49,731 bases of DNA from Thermoproteota archaeon (GCA_027492035.1 JAOZFT010000033.1:1-49731); one strand, 5' to 3'. Counted from the stretch's first letter, positions 39,147 to 49,110 are shown. The notes: a model not told the origin generated them from the sequence alone. A program made the numbers and translations.

Positions 39147-40055
39147 ATGTTTATAGGAACCTGTTTGTCAAGTTTGAAACTTAAGAACCCTTTTGTGCTT
39201 TCTTCGGGCATATTAGGAATATCTAAAAACTTTTTTCAACAATTAAGTCCTTATGTTGGAGCTTTAACCACTAAATCAATAGGTAAAAGGGAAAGGAAAG
39301 GCAACCCAAACCCTGTTGTTGCCACGTTGAACAATTACGGATTAATTAATTGTATGGGTTTACCTAACCCTGGAATCAATTACTTCACGCAAGTCATTAG
39401 AGAAGTAAAGTCAGTAATTGACACTCCCTTAATAGTGAGTGTTTTCGGTTTTAATATGCAAGAATATGTTGAAGTTGCATGTAAAGCTGAAGAAGCAGGA
39501 GCTGACGCTGTCGAATTAAACCTTTCATGTCCCCACACTGAGGGAGTATATGAATTCTCTCAAAACAGTAAACTTGCTTATGAAACGGTGAAAAATGTAA
39601 AAAGTGTTTTGAAAATACCTGTTTTTGCTAAACTGTCTCCAAACGTGACAGACATAACCGAAATAGGTTTAGCCTGTGAGAAAGCAGGGGCTGACGCCTT
39701 AACAGCCATAAACACCATTAAATCCATGCAGATAAATGTATGGCTGAAGAAACCTGTGTTTAAAAACTTGTATGGGGGGTTGTCAGGCCCTGCCATACAC
39801 CCAATAGCTGTTAGGTGCATTTATGACTTGTACGAGAAAGTGTCGATACCTTTAATAGGAGTTGGTGGCGTAACTGATTGGTTAAGCGCTGTTGAACTTG
39901 TTTTAGCTGGTGCAAGTGCTTTAGGTGTAGGCACAGCGGTTTACCTTAAAGGAGTAAATATTTTCAAAAATTTAACGGAAGGAGTAAAGAAATACATGGA
40001 AACCGAAGGCTTCAAAAGTTTTAAAGAGATGGTGGGCTATGCACACAAAAAATAA
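39147..40055 (+). CDS. pyrD: dihydroorotate dehydrogenase, family 1B catalytic subunit
   Basis: GNPNP, N.MGLPNPG, ELNLSCPH, KLSPNVTDI, INT, GGLSGPAI. Confidence 0.95.
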   Translation: MFIGTCLSSLKLKNPFVLSSGILGISKNFFQQLSPYVGALTTKSIGKRERKGNPNPVVATLNNYGLINCMGLPNPGINYFTQVIREVKSVIDTPLIVSVFGFNMQEYVEVACKAEEAGADAVELNLSCPHTEGVYEFSQNSKLAYETVKNVKSVLKIPVFAKLSPNVTDITEIGLACEKAGADALTAINTIKSMQINVWLKKPVFKNLYGGLSGPAIHPIAVRCIYDLYEKVSIPLIGVGGVTDWLSAVELVLAGASALGVGTAVYLKGVNIFKNLTEGVKKYMETEGFKSFKEMVGYAHKK

Positions 40056-40878
40056 ACTGTTACTTAATAATTTAAGGAGAAAATTTATTGTTAAATCAAT
40101 AAATAACCTAAACCAAAACTTTGTAGAAATAAGCTTAGAATCAAGCAGTGACTTCACGGCTCCTAAACCTGGACAGTACTTAATGGTTATGTGTAGAAAC
40201 TCGGAAGAAATTCCTTTAAGTGTTTTTAAATGTGAAAACAAGAAATTAAGCCTTTTAATTAAAAAAGTAGGGTACTCCACGTCTGAATTCTTCAAATTGA
40301 AAATTGGAGATTATGTTTTAGTGAGAGGGCCATATGGAAACTTTTTCGAAACTCTAAATCATGAAAACATCTTGATGGTGGCTGGAGGCTCAGGTTTAGC
40401 TCCTCTCTATTTTCTAGCATGTGAAAGGAAAAAAGGAAACTTGGAACAAGACATACTGTTAGGTTTCAGAAACTTAAACGAAACAGTGAAACTTGGCAAC
40501 TTCAACAACACCAGCTGCTTCAACAAAGTTGTTTATTACACTGACGACGGTTCCTATGGAAAAAAGGGGTTTCCTACAGATGATTTACTTACTTACCTTA
40601 AAAGGGGAAGTTACAGTTTAGTAGTGGCTGCAGGTCCCGAAAAAATGCTTCAAAAAATCTTTCAAACATGTTTGAAAGAAGGAATAGACGCCCTTTTCTC
40701 GCTTGAAAGATATATAAAATGCAGTTTAGGGCTTTGCGGCTCCTGCATCCTAGAAGGCAGAAACAAATCCTACAGAGTCTGTGTAGATGGACCAGTTTTC
40801 TCAATTACTCAATTAAAAGATGTGGTGGACTTTGGTAAATTCAAGTATGATGAAACAGGGAGGAAAATCAACATTTAA
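40039..40878 (+). CDS. pyrK: dihydroorotate dehydrogenase electron-transfer subunit
   Basis: PGQY, RGPYGN, GGSGLAP, GPE.ML, KCSLGLCGSC..RVCVDGPVF. Confidence 0.92.
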   Translation: MHTKNKLLLNNLRRKFIVKSINNLNQNFVEISLESSSDFTAPKPGQYLMVMCRNSEEIPLSVFKCENKKLSLLIKKVGYSTSEFFKLKIGDYVLVRGPYGNFFETLNHENILMVAGGSGLAPLYFLACERKKGNLEQDILLGFRNLNETVKLGNFNNTSCFNKVVYYTDDGSYGKKGFPTDDLLTYLKRGSYSLVVAAGPEKMLQKIFQTCLKEGIDALFSLERYIKCSLGLCGSCILEGRNKSYRVCVDGPVFSITQLKDVVDFGKFKYDETGRKINI

Positions 40879-41543
40879 TTTTTTGCAAAGCCTGAATGTT
40901 GAGTCTTAACCAGTAATTCTTCACTGTTTCTTTTCTTGTTTAAGTAACCCATTATTTTCTCTTTCTCACTCTGCGAAATATACCCCTTTCTAAACATTAC
41001 CTCTACAACGTTTCTTATGCGCACCAGCGGGTAAAAAGGAACTCCTCTCCTTTTTAAAACTTCAGAAGCTAATTCTTCTCTGTCAATCACAGCTGATGCA
41101 TACTTAATTCTTAAACCGTGAGCTTCAAGCACATCAATTGTTTTAGATATACTAGCCCCAGTTGTAGCTACATCGTCAATAACAGCAACTGAGCTACCTT
41201 CTGTAAAGTCACCCTCTATCAATTTACAAGTGCCATGATCCTTGTTCTTATCCCTGATAATAATGAAAGGCAACCCTTTGTCGTAAGCTATCGCTAAAGC
41301 TACACATAAGCCCCTAACAGGTACTCCAGCAACGTACTGGGGTACACCAACCTCTTCCAACTTGTAACTCATCAAAGAAACCAAAACTTTAAAGTATCTA
41401 GGCTTAGAAGGCAGAACTCCCAAGTCAATGTAGTAAGGGCTCTTCTTCCCACTTGAAAGCTTAAACTCCCCGAAAAGCAAACTCCCAGACTTATACAAAA
41501 TATCAGCAATCAAATCAGTTATTTCTTTCTCAGGTCTCCACAA
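40875..41543 (-). CDS. pyrE: orotate phosphoribosyltransferase
   Basis: FGEFKLSSGKKSPYYID, KDHGT, VIDDVATTGAS, IDRE; stop overlaps the pyrK stop (TTAA). Confidence 0.92.
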   Translation of the reverse strand: MWRPEKEITDLIADILYKSGSLLFGEFKLSSGKKSPYYIDLGVLPSKPRYFKVLVSLMSYKLEEVGVPQYVAGVPVRGLCVALAIAYDKGLPFIIIRDKNKDHGTCKLIEGDFTEGSSVAVIDDVATTGASISKTIDVLEAHGLRIKYASAVIDREELASEVLKRRGVPFYPLVRIRNVVEVMFRKGYISQSEKEKIMGYLNKKRNSEELLVKTQHSGFAKN

Positions 41544-42059
41544 CAGCGACCCGCCTAACAGAATAGAAAAAGAAATATTTAAAATTTACTTTTTCACTCT
41601 TAAATCACCATTTAAAACATCACCCAAAAGTAAAAACCAAGAAGTCACTTCCCTTCCACAAAACACTGCTTCTACTTTGTTTGTTATAAATCAGTTCCTT
41701 TCCAAACAGGATGACACCCCTAATTTTTTAAGAGATGTATAAGTCAGTTTCTTCACCACGTTAGTTCTAAAACCTGCAAATGAAGGAGTTAAATGGTATC
41801 CTTTGATGATTAACTTAGTTTTAACATTTATTTGTCTTTCAATTCAACCTACAACTACTTTGAACTTGCACCTACTCTTTGTTTCAGTTTTTTTCAATTT
41901 CAGGCTTTTGCAGTAACTGGAGACATTATTCTGGTATATTTGGTTATGGGAAGGATGGGGATCGACATGTTGAAGAAGTATTATAAAGAAGGAAGTACCT
42001 TTGCTTTTTTAGGTTTCAGCTGTGGGGGAACACATCCCCAAAAAAAACCAAGGGGCAAC

Positions 42060-42140
42060 CTCCAACTCACCCTCTTGAATCTAACTTAACAACAAACAAA
42101 TCACCCTAACCCTTCACCAAAGGATTCTGTGTATTTCTGT
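42060..42140 (-). pseudogene. fragment of a beta-propeller (SBBP-like) repeat
   Basis: Minus strand reads YTESF/GEG/GDLFVVKLDSRG across frameshifts, matching T.SFG.G..D.FV.KLD..G. Confidence 0.4.
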
Positions 42141-42209
42141 TACTTATCTAGCAAAGTAGTGAAGTCGTTGTAGAAACAAGTTTTCACCTAGCAAATGTTC
42201 AGGATTTAT

Positions 42210-42278
42210 TCTTACATATTAATCTGTAAGATTTAAATTTTTGGTTACTATATTATTTTTATTACATGGTGGTTGTAA
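42210..42278 (+). promoter_or_regulatory. putative VapBC operator palindromes flanking a TTTAAA box
   Basis: TCTTACA-N8-TGTAAGA (42210-42231) and TTACA-N7-TGTAA (42262-42278). Confidence 0.55.
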
Positions 42279-42279
42279 G

Positions 42280-42513
42280 ATGAAATCCATTGTTTCTTCC
42301 AAGGGGCAAATCGTTATCCCTGCCAGTATCAGGGAGAAAATGGGGTTAAAACCAGGAGACATAGTTGAATTTGAACTAATAAATGGTAAACTTGTCATTA
42401 AAAAGACGGAGAATCCTTTAAGGGAAATCTTCGGGATCTCTAAGGGTTTGTTTGAGAAGAGCTCGGTTGAGCTCATCCAAGAAGTAAGGGGGGAAGATAG
42501 GGAGGAGCATTGA
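42280..42513 (+). CDS. vapB: AbrB/MazE/SpoVT-family antitoxin
   Basis: MKSIVSSKGQIVIPASIREKMGLKPGD; ATG at 42280. Confidence 0.9.
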   Translation: MKSIVSSKGQIVIPASIREKMGLKPGDIVEFELINGKLVIKKTENPLREIFGISKGLFEKSSVELIQEVRGEDREEH

Positions 42514-43016
42514 TCTACACTTTCGACAGCGGAGTTTTCCTGGGTATTGCTAATGGAGAGAAAGGCTATGAACTAGCAGTGAAAGAAGTTGAGGAAGCAA
42601 TTAAACCTGGAAATACAATAACCCTTTCAACAATCACCTTAAACGAGGTTTTAACCCCATTTCTAAGGGTAAATGAAGAAAGGAAGGGGTTAAAGATCGT
42701 TGAAACCATAAAGTCATTAAAGCCCAAGGTAAAATTCATAGATGTCAATGAGGAAATATCTTTAAGGGCAGCTGAGTATAGAGCTAAAATTAAAACAATT
42801 GAAAATCGTTTTCTAGCTTTAGCAGATTCTATCATTTTAGCAACTGCTGTTATTGCGGAATCAGACTATTTAATCACAACAGACCCAGATTTCCTTTTAG
42901 TTGACGTCGTTAACATTAAAGGCCCAGGTTTAACTTTGAAAGATTGGTTAAAGAAATATGGTTCAAGAAAAGTGAAGGAGAAAATCAAGGAAGCTGAAGC
43001 TAAAGGGAAGATTTAG
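42510..43016 (+). CDS. vapC: PIN-domain toxin
   Basis: FDSG, TLNE, LADSIILATA, LITTDPDF; 4-nt overlap with the antitoxin. Confidence 0.9.
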   Translation: MIYTFDSGVFLGIANGEKGYELAVKEVEEAIKPGNTITLSTITLNEVLTPFLRVNEERKGLKIVETIKSLKPKVKFIDVNEEISLRAAEYRAKIKTIENRFLALADSIILATAVIAESDYLITTDPDFLLVDVVNIKGPGLTLKDWLKKYGSRKVKEKIKEAEAKGKI

Positions 43017-43149
43017 CGGTTGAGTGAATAAAACACATGAAATTAAAAGGGGATTTAAAAATGGCGAAAAATGGTTTAAATGAAAAAAGCAAAGTTGCAG
43101 TTACTGGTCTCCACAAAATTTTGAGATAGGAAAAAATCTGCCTACAACA

Positions 43150-43824
43150 TTAATATTTTTCCTCTTTCCTCCTTATCATTCGGTTATGGTAACTTGTGAA
43201 AAGAGCTATGAGTGGATTATGCCCTGTAAACCTGTCCTTTACTATTAAAGTTGTTACTGGAGCCTTTGAGTGCTTGGTGAAGAGTATATCATGTCCTATA
43301 CATAAACCAACTATGACGTTGAGGTCTGTCTCTGCCTTATTTAAAAGTGTTGCTTGAAGAACAGGGTTACATCCCGCTTCAAATTCACCTGGTCTCAGTT
43401 TATATTTCTCTGGAACCCCAAGAGCTGTTTTGTCAACTGCCCCACATTTGCAGACAACACTGTAAACTTTAAACCCTCTTTCCTCAAGAACCTTTGATAT
43501 TCTTAAGGCTTCATCACTTAAACCTATACAGAAAGCTACACCTATTCTTTTATAGTTCATTTTTTCACTGAACTCAATTAATTCAAGAATTCTTGGCCTG
43601 ACAGGTATAAGTCTTCCCCTAACTACTTCATATCCTTCTTTTTCGTTAATTGTTGACTGAACATAAACTTTCCCCACATTCTCCTCTCTGTACAATTCAG
43701 TTATTGACTTAATCGTTTCAGTTTCACTTTTCATTGGACAGAAATCTGGAAGCCTTTCTTCATCTTTCACTCCTTTATAACAGTACCTAAACTTGCAGTA
43801 TGCACATTTAAGATTCATCTCCAA
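43150..43824 (-). CDS. DUF1847 family Cys-rich metal-binding protein
   Basis: AFCIGL, CKCG, CNPVLQA..LN, GLCIGHD.LF, VKDR..GHNP. Confidence 0.88.
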   Translation of the reverse strand: MEMNLKCAYCKFRYCYKGVKDEERLPDFCPMKSETETIKSITELYREENVGKVYVQSTINEKEGYEVVRGRLIPVRPRILELIEFSEKMNYKRIGVAFCIGLSDEALRISKVLEERGFKVYSVVCKCGAVDKTALGVPEKYKLRPGEFEAGCNPVLQATLLNKAETDLNVIVGLCIGHDILFTKHSKAPVTTLIVKDRFTGHNPLIALFTSYHNRMIRRKEEKY

Positions 43825-43908
43825 TTATAACACCTTTAAAACCTATATTTCCATATATTTTTCTTTATTTTGTTCTGTCATCTTCCACACCTTAAACTCC
43901 ATCTTATT

Positions 43909-44099
43909 CAAAATATCTGGCTCAACATCATCTAAACCAAGCCTGTATTTTGCTTAAGATCTGCATTAGTCTATGAATATGCCCCGTCACTTATTATTCT
44001 CTGCCCAGCTTGAGTTGCATTGAAATCAACAATGTCTATAACTCCCTGCAATTTTGGATTTTCTATTGCTATCTTCCTCAAAGCTTCTGTTAGTTTTTT
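43909..44099 (-). pseudogene. hsdM: fragment of a type I restriction-modification methylase subunit
   Basis: KLTEALRKIAIENPKLQGVIDIVDFNATQAGQRIISD / HIHRLMQILSK / YRLGLDDVEPDIL, with two frameshifts; ends just before the expected G.AYEYL. Confidence 0.75.
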
Positions 44100-44210
44100 A
44101 TTATAGCTACCCAGAACATTTCTATTTTTCTTACTTTTTTTGCAACTAATATTTTTAAAGTTCTCTTGCTCTTTTTTGGTTGTGCCTTAAGTTGGGAAGT
44201 GAGGTGTTGA

Positions 44211-44939
44211 ATGGAAGTGTCTAGGTTGTTCTTTGGGAGGGAGAGGGGGGTGATACCTGCTTGTGACGTTTCAAGTTTAAAGCAGCTTAAGGAACTTGTT
44301 CAGTTAACTTGTGAAGTGGATGGGGTTGTGGGTTACAAGGTTGGTTTTTCTTTGGCTTTGAGGTATGGTTTAAAGAGAGTTGTTGAAACTGTGAGGGAGT
44401 ATAGTGACTTACCTGTTGTTTATGACCATCAGAAAGCTGGGACAGATATTCCGAGGATGGCTGAAGGGTTCGCTGAAGTTTGCAGTGAAGCTTCTTTGGA
44501 TGGAGTAATAATTTTTCCTTTGGCTGGTCCTGAAACCTTGAAGAGTTTTGTGGAGGAGTTGGTTAAGCATGGTTTGAAACCTTTTGTAGGGGCTGAAATG
44601 ACTCATCCAAAGTATTTAGGGAGCGAGGGAGGGTTTATAATTGATGAAGCTTTAGAGAGAATTTATGTGGTTGCAGCTGAATTAGGGGTTGATTGTTTTG
44701 TTGTTCCAGGGAATAAACCGGGGAGAATAAGTTTTTACGTTAAACTGCTTAGTGGAATCGTTAAGAAGCCTGTTTTCTGCCTGCCTGGAATAGGTAAGCA
44801 GGGAGGAGATATTGTTTCAGCTTTTAAATCAACCGTGAACTTTCCCTCCTACGCCATAATTGGTTCAGCCATATACGGGGCTGAAAACATCAAGGAAGCA
44901 GCTGAAAATTTCTGCATGGAAGCCTTGAGAAAGATTTAG
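44211..44939 (+). CDS. pyrF: orotidine 5'-phosphate decarboxylase (variant motif)
   Basis: IPACD, GYKVG, YDHQKAGTDIP, MTHP, PGIGKQGG, IIGSAIY; near pyrE/pyrD. Confidence 0.82.
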   Translation: MEVSRLFFGRERGVIPACDVSSLKQLKELVQLTCEVDGVVGYKVGFSLALRYGLKRVVETVREYSDLPVVYDHQKAGTDIPRMAEGFAEVCSEASLDGVIIFPLAGPETLKSFVEELVKHGLKPFVGAEMTHPKYLGSEGGFIIDEALERIYVVAAELGVDCFVVPGNKPGRISFYVKLLSGIVKKPVFCLPGIGKQGGDIVSAFKSTVNFPSYAIIGSAIYGAENIKEAAENFCMEALRKI

Positions 44940-44987
44940 TTTTTTACTCCTAATTTTTTTTCTTTGGCAGGGAAGTTAAGGAAGGTT

Positions 44988-45941
44988 TCAGTGTCTGGAA
45001 GGCAGTTTTCTCATATAGAAGTTGTAGTTTCTGTATTTTAATGAAATTATTTTTCTTTCCCTTAACAATTTATTTAAAATTTTTTCAGGTTTCAACCCCC
45101 TCCTCTTTATTAGTTCATGAATGTAATCTTCTCTCATTGGATGGACGGAAGTTATGCTTAAAATGTCTTCCTCAACATTTCCTGTGCTCACAAACCCTGA
45201 ACCCTCGTATTCTATAAGGTATTCGGTTTTCAGTCCTTTCTTTCTGAACACGTGGTATGCCTTAATTAACTCCTTCTCTGTTGCTGGTTTAACCCATTTC
45301 TCTGCAGGTGGACGGGTTGGTGAAGCTAGAAAAGAGGTTTCAGGTTTCACTTCAGTTAAGAAATCTGCTATTCTTTCGTATTCTTCCTCTTCATCATTTA
45401 ATCCTTTCACAAGCATTGTTTCAGTGATTACTTTGCCTTTGAATGAACGTGAAAAACGTTTCATTCCCTCCACAATTTCTTCAAGTTTCAAGTCCCTATG
45501 CGGCCTGTCTATTTTCTTCCAAACATCCATTTTCACTGCATCAACTTTTAAAGAAACCAAATCTGCGTTCTTTAAATCGTTTCTCACTTTTTCGTCAAAA
45601 ATTAAGGATCCATTAGTTATGACAGCTACGGGGATATCTAATCTTTTCCTCAGTTCCTTTATTTCTTTCCCTAAATTTATGTCTAAAGTGGGCTCCCCAT
45701 CAGGGACAAAAGTTATGTAATCAATTTTTCTGTTCCCTACTTTCTTCACCCTCTTAACAACTTCTTCAACCACTTCTTTTGAGTTGTAGAATTTTTTCCT
45801 TTCAATGGTTTTCTTTACTGTACTTCCGAGTTGACAGTAAACACAACCGTAACTGCAAATTTTTGGAGGGATGTTGTTCACTCCCAACGATTTACCTAGT
45901 CTACGGGAAGGAACAGGGCCGAAAGCAAACATAGCAAACAT
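44988..45941 (-). CDS. radical SAM protein (COG0731, TYW1-related uncharacterised clade)
   Basis: FGPVPSRRLGKSLG, CSYGCVYC, GEPTL, ITNGS, RPPAE. Confidence 0.88.
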   Translation of the reverse strand: MFAMFAFGPVPSRRLGKSLGVNNIPPKICSYGCVYCQLGSTVKKTIERKKFYNSKEVVEEVVKRVKKVGNRKIDYITFVPDGEPTLDINLGKEIKELRKRLDIPVAVITNGSLIFDEKVRNDLKNADLVSLKVDAVKMDVWKKIDRPHRDLKLEEIVEGMKRFSRSFKGKVITETMLVKGLNDEEEEYERIADFLTEVKPETSFLASPTRPPAEKWVKPATEKELIKAYHVFRKKGLKTEYLIEYEGSGFVSTGNVEEDILSITSVHPMREDYIHELIKRRGLKPEKILNKLLRERKIISLKYRNYNFYMRKLPSRH

Positions 45942-46021
45942 CTCCCTAAGTTTATTCCTAAAAATTTTTCTTCAATGTTTTTATGGCTTAATTAAACATT
46001 TAAAGTATTTGTTTAATTTTG

Positions 46022-46909
46022 TTAGAGTTTAAGTAAACGCCGGAGTTTTCTTGCATAAATCTCCTCAATCTCTTTTTTGTTTGGTATAGCCTTTAATCCT
46101 TTGTCTTTCAATGAAGCAGCTGCTGCAGCCTCACCTGTCAGCAGAGAGTCTTGCAGGCTTTTCCCTTTAAGCATCGAGTAAAGCATTCCGCCCATAAAAA
46201 CGTCTCCAGCACCTGTTTCATCCACTACCTCTTTTACTTCAACCCCTGGCAGTTTAATTTCTTCTTTGGAAGTTAAGACAAAAACTCCCTCCTTTCCCAA
46301 GGTTACAATGCAAATTCTCACTCCTTCACGTAAAAACATTGAACAGGTAATTTCTGGGTTTTCATGAAATAACTTGGCTTCCTCAATACTTAGTTTAATT
46401 ATATCTACATGTTTCACAGCCTTTAAACATAAATCTCCTTTTAGAAATATTTCCTTTTCCTTGTTTAGAAACCTTGTAAGCCCTTGAGCATCAAGTGAAA
46501 TTACACCCTTAAACTTCCTCCTAATTTTCTCGATCATTTCTAAAGTTACTTCTTGGAATATTGGGCCTAAATGAATGATTTCAGCTTCTAGGAAACTTTT
46601 AGGTATTTGGTTGAAGGACAAAGGCTTACCTGTACAAACAATTTTTGACACCCTCTTCCCTTTTAGGTAATGATGTTCAAAAACAGTTGATTCCTCCATT
46701 AACCTTAAACCACTTAAATTCAGTTCCTCTAAAAAACTTAGGTAATTCCTCAAGTTTAAACCCAAATTAGCCACAACTCCTGTTTTCACACCTAGTTTTG
46801 AAGCAGTTAAACCTGTGTAGAAAGGGGTTCCACCTATGGATTCAAAAAAACTTTCACCCTTGTAAATTAAATCTTTAGAGAAGTTTCCCACCACAACCAG
46901 CTCAACCAT
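46022..46909 (-). CDS. PfkB-family carbohydrate kinase
   Basis: GG..Y, LDAQG, VTLGKEG, VDETGAGDVF. Confidence 0.9.
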   Translation of the reverse strand: MVELVVVGNFSKDLIYKGESFFESIGGTPFYTGLTASKLGVKTGVVANLGLNLRNYLSFLEELNLSGLRLMEESTVFEHHYLKGKRVSKIVCTGKPLSFNQIPKSFLEAEIIHLGPIFQEVTLEMIEKIRRKFKGVISLDAQGLTRFLNKEKEIFLKGDLCLKAVKHVDIIKLSIEEAKLFHENPEITCSMFLREGVRICIVTLGKEGVFVLTSKEEIKLPGVEVKEVVDETGAGDVFMGGMLYSMLKGKSLQDSLLTGEAAAAASLKDKGLKAIPNKKEIEEIYARKLRRLLKL

Positions 46910-47103
46910 AAACTACTACCTCAAAAAATTCTTCTTGACCCCTCTTGCAAAGGTTTTAACTGGAATTTCTTCCATTATTTTTTTAAAAGTGAAAAAATCT
47001 TTTTTACTGTTTCTCCTTTTATGAAGCCACCCAACCCTTTGTGAAACAAATACTTCCTTTGAAAAAGGGGTTGCTTAGTTTTTGAGGAAGGAGGAGGGAG
47101 GAT

Positions 47104-47904
47104 GTGATTAAGGAATTTGAAACAAGTGATAATGTCCATGTTTCTTATTTAGATTCAGGGGAGGGGCTGCCACTGTTGTTTATTCATGGATGGGCTGCAA
47201 CAAAGAATTTCTGGCGTTACCAAACAAGGTATTTCTCGAAAAAATTCAGGGTTATAGCTTTAGATTTGAGGGGTCATGGAGACTCAGACAAGTTTTTAAA
47301 CATTGATTACTCGGTTGACAGGTTGGTAAAGGATGTTTCAGAACTTTTAAACACTTTATCTTTGAAAGATTTTGTGTTAATAGGCCATAGTTTAGGGGGA
47401 GTAATAGCTTTAAAAAGTTATAAATTATACAAACAAGAAACCAAGGGTTTAGTGCTTACAGGGACACCTACTGTTTTAAATCCTGGACTTAAAGGGAGAG
47501 TTGAGTGTTTCATTTTAAAAATGCTTTTTAAACACAGAATCCTCGCTGAAAAAATCCTTACACCTAAAATGTTCAGTTCAAACGTTCCAAGTCAACTCTT
47601 AAATTTTGTAAGGGCTGAATCAGCTAAAACTCCACCGCAGATTCTGCTAAAAATTTTGGAAGGAAACAGAGGTGTAAACGTTAAAGGAATCCTTGAAGAA
47701 ATAGAGAAGCCTGTCCTCATCTTAGTAGGCAGTGAAGACTCGGTGGTCAAACCTAAGAACCAGTTAAGGATGAAGGAAATGCTTAAAAAAGCTGAGTATA
47801 TAGAAATTAAAGGTGCAGGACATAACGTAATGCTTGAAAAACCAGAAAAATTTAATGAAGCAGTGAAGAATTTTTTGGAGCATTTGAAAATCGGAAGAAA
47901 TTAA
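47104..47904 (+). CDS. alpha/beta hydrolase
   Basis: FIHGW, DLRGHGDS, GHSLGG, GSED, AGH. Confidence 0.9.
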   Translation: MIKEFETSDNVHVSYLDSGEGLPLLFIHGWAATKNFWRYQTRYFSKKFRVIALDLRGHGDSDKFLNIDYSVDRLVKDVSELLNTLSLKDFVLIGHSLGGVIALKSYKLYKQETKGLVLTGTPTVLNPGLKGRVECFILKMLFKHRILAEKILTPKMFSSNVPSQLLNFVRAESAKTPPQILLKILEGNRGVNVKGILEEIEKPVLILVGSEDSVVKPKNQLRMKEMLKKAEYIEIKGAGHNVMLEKPEKFNEAVKNFLEHLKIGRN

Positions 47905-48077
47905 TTGCTTCACTTAAAAACCTGAATAAACAACGGAACATGGTGAATTTGTTTTCTTTCCTAGTTTTCTAGGGAAGAAAAATAACATGTTTTAAGGAAA
48001 CAGTTTTCCAAAATAACTTTTGCTATTTTGCATAAACAAATTTAATGGTATTCAAATTGAATAGAAGAGGAAGGGGC

Positions 48078-48758
48078 ATGGTAAAGTTAAATATGAACTT
48101 TATCAGGGATTTACAAAGAAGATTTGAAGCAATCCCAACCTTTTCTGCTTTACTTTACAATGCTTTAGCAAGGAGGATCCTAGCCAAGCCTGAAACAAAA
48201 ATAGCTGAAGATATAGCTAAGAAAATAAAGAAAGGGACTGTTCTTGATTTAGGCTCAGGAACAGGTTACTTGTCGATAGAGATTGCGAAGAGGGTGCCGA
48301 ATCTTCAAGTTTACGGTATAGATTTAAGTGTAAAAATGGTTGAGATTGCAAAAAGTTACGCAAGAAATATAAGAAATGTTAAGTTCTTCCTCGGCAATGC
48401 CGCAAAACTTCCTTTTGGGGAAGAATCAATTGATTTTATTGTGAGTACAGGTTCTCTCCACCATTGGAGAAAACCAGTCAAAGTGTTTAATGAATGTTAC
48501 CGTGTTTTAAAGGAAGGTAAGGAGGCATGGATATATGATGGATGTCCTGACGCCTTAAAAATTGCAATTAAGGAAAAAAGGAAAGAGTACGGACTCCTAA
48601 GTTATGTAATATTGACTAAGATTACTGGAGTCCATGGGTTTACTAAAGAGGAGTATAGAAACAAGATTAAGGATATTTTAGAACAAACTAGGTTTAGAAA
48701 AAGTTACCAAATGGAATTGTTAGACATATGGATGAAAATTAAACTTGTAAAGGCTTGA
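48078..48758 (+). CDS. class I SAM-dependent methyltransferase
   Basis: VLDLGSGTG, GIDLS, GNAAKLPF, SLHHW, RVLKEG. Confidence 0.88.
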   Translation: MVKLNMNFIRDLQRRFEAIPTFSALLYNALARRILAKPETKIAEDIAKKIKKGTVLDLGSGTGYLSIEIAKRVPNLQVYGIDLSVKMVEIAKSYARNIRNVKFFLGNAAKLPFGEESIDFIVSTGSLHHWRKPVKVFNECYRVLKEGKEAWIYDGCPDALKIAIKEKRKEYGLLSYVILTKITGVHGFTKEEYRNKIKDILEQTRFRKSYQMELLDIWMKIKLVKA

Positions 48759-49110
48759 GACATCTATCCATTTACAGGCCTTTCTTCAAGCATTAAAGTT
48801 TCACCAGAGTTTATTTAGTGGATACTTCAAAAATTTTCCAGTAAGTAAATTTTACTTTAAAACCTGAAATTTCTGGTTTAGTGTCTAATTATCGGCTTCT
48901 CCCTTTCTTTATCAATAAATATAGGAATAGTTGAAAAAACTTTGTTATTCTCTCCAAAAATCTTACTCTGTATCCTTTTTTACTAACTCAACTTTCCTTT
49001 TCTTCTATTTTGAACCTGAAAAATTATTTAAAGCAGTTGGTTTTATGGAGGCAGCGTTAGGGTCCACTGTTGCTTTTAACTCTAAAATAAAACATTCGAA
49101 AAGGCCAGGT

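Noticed and set aside
41832-42089. 85-aa plus-strand ORF
   Set aside because: No RBS or motif; overlaps a minus-strand relic
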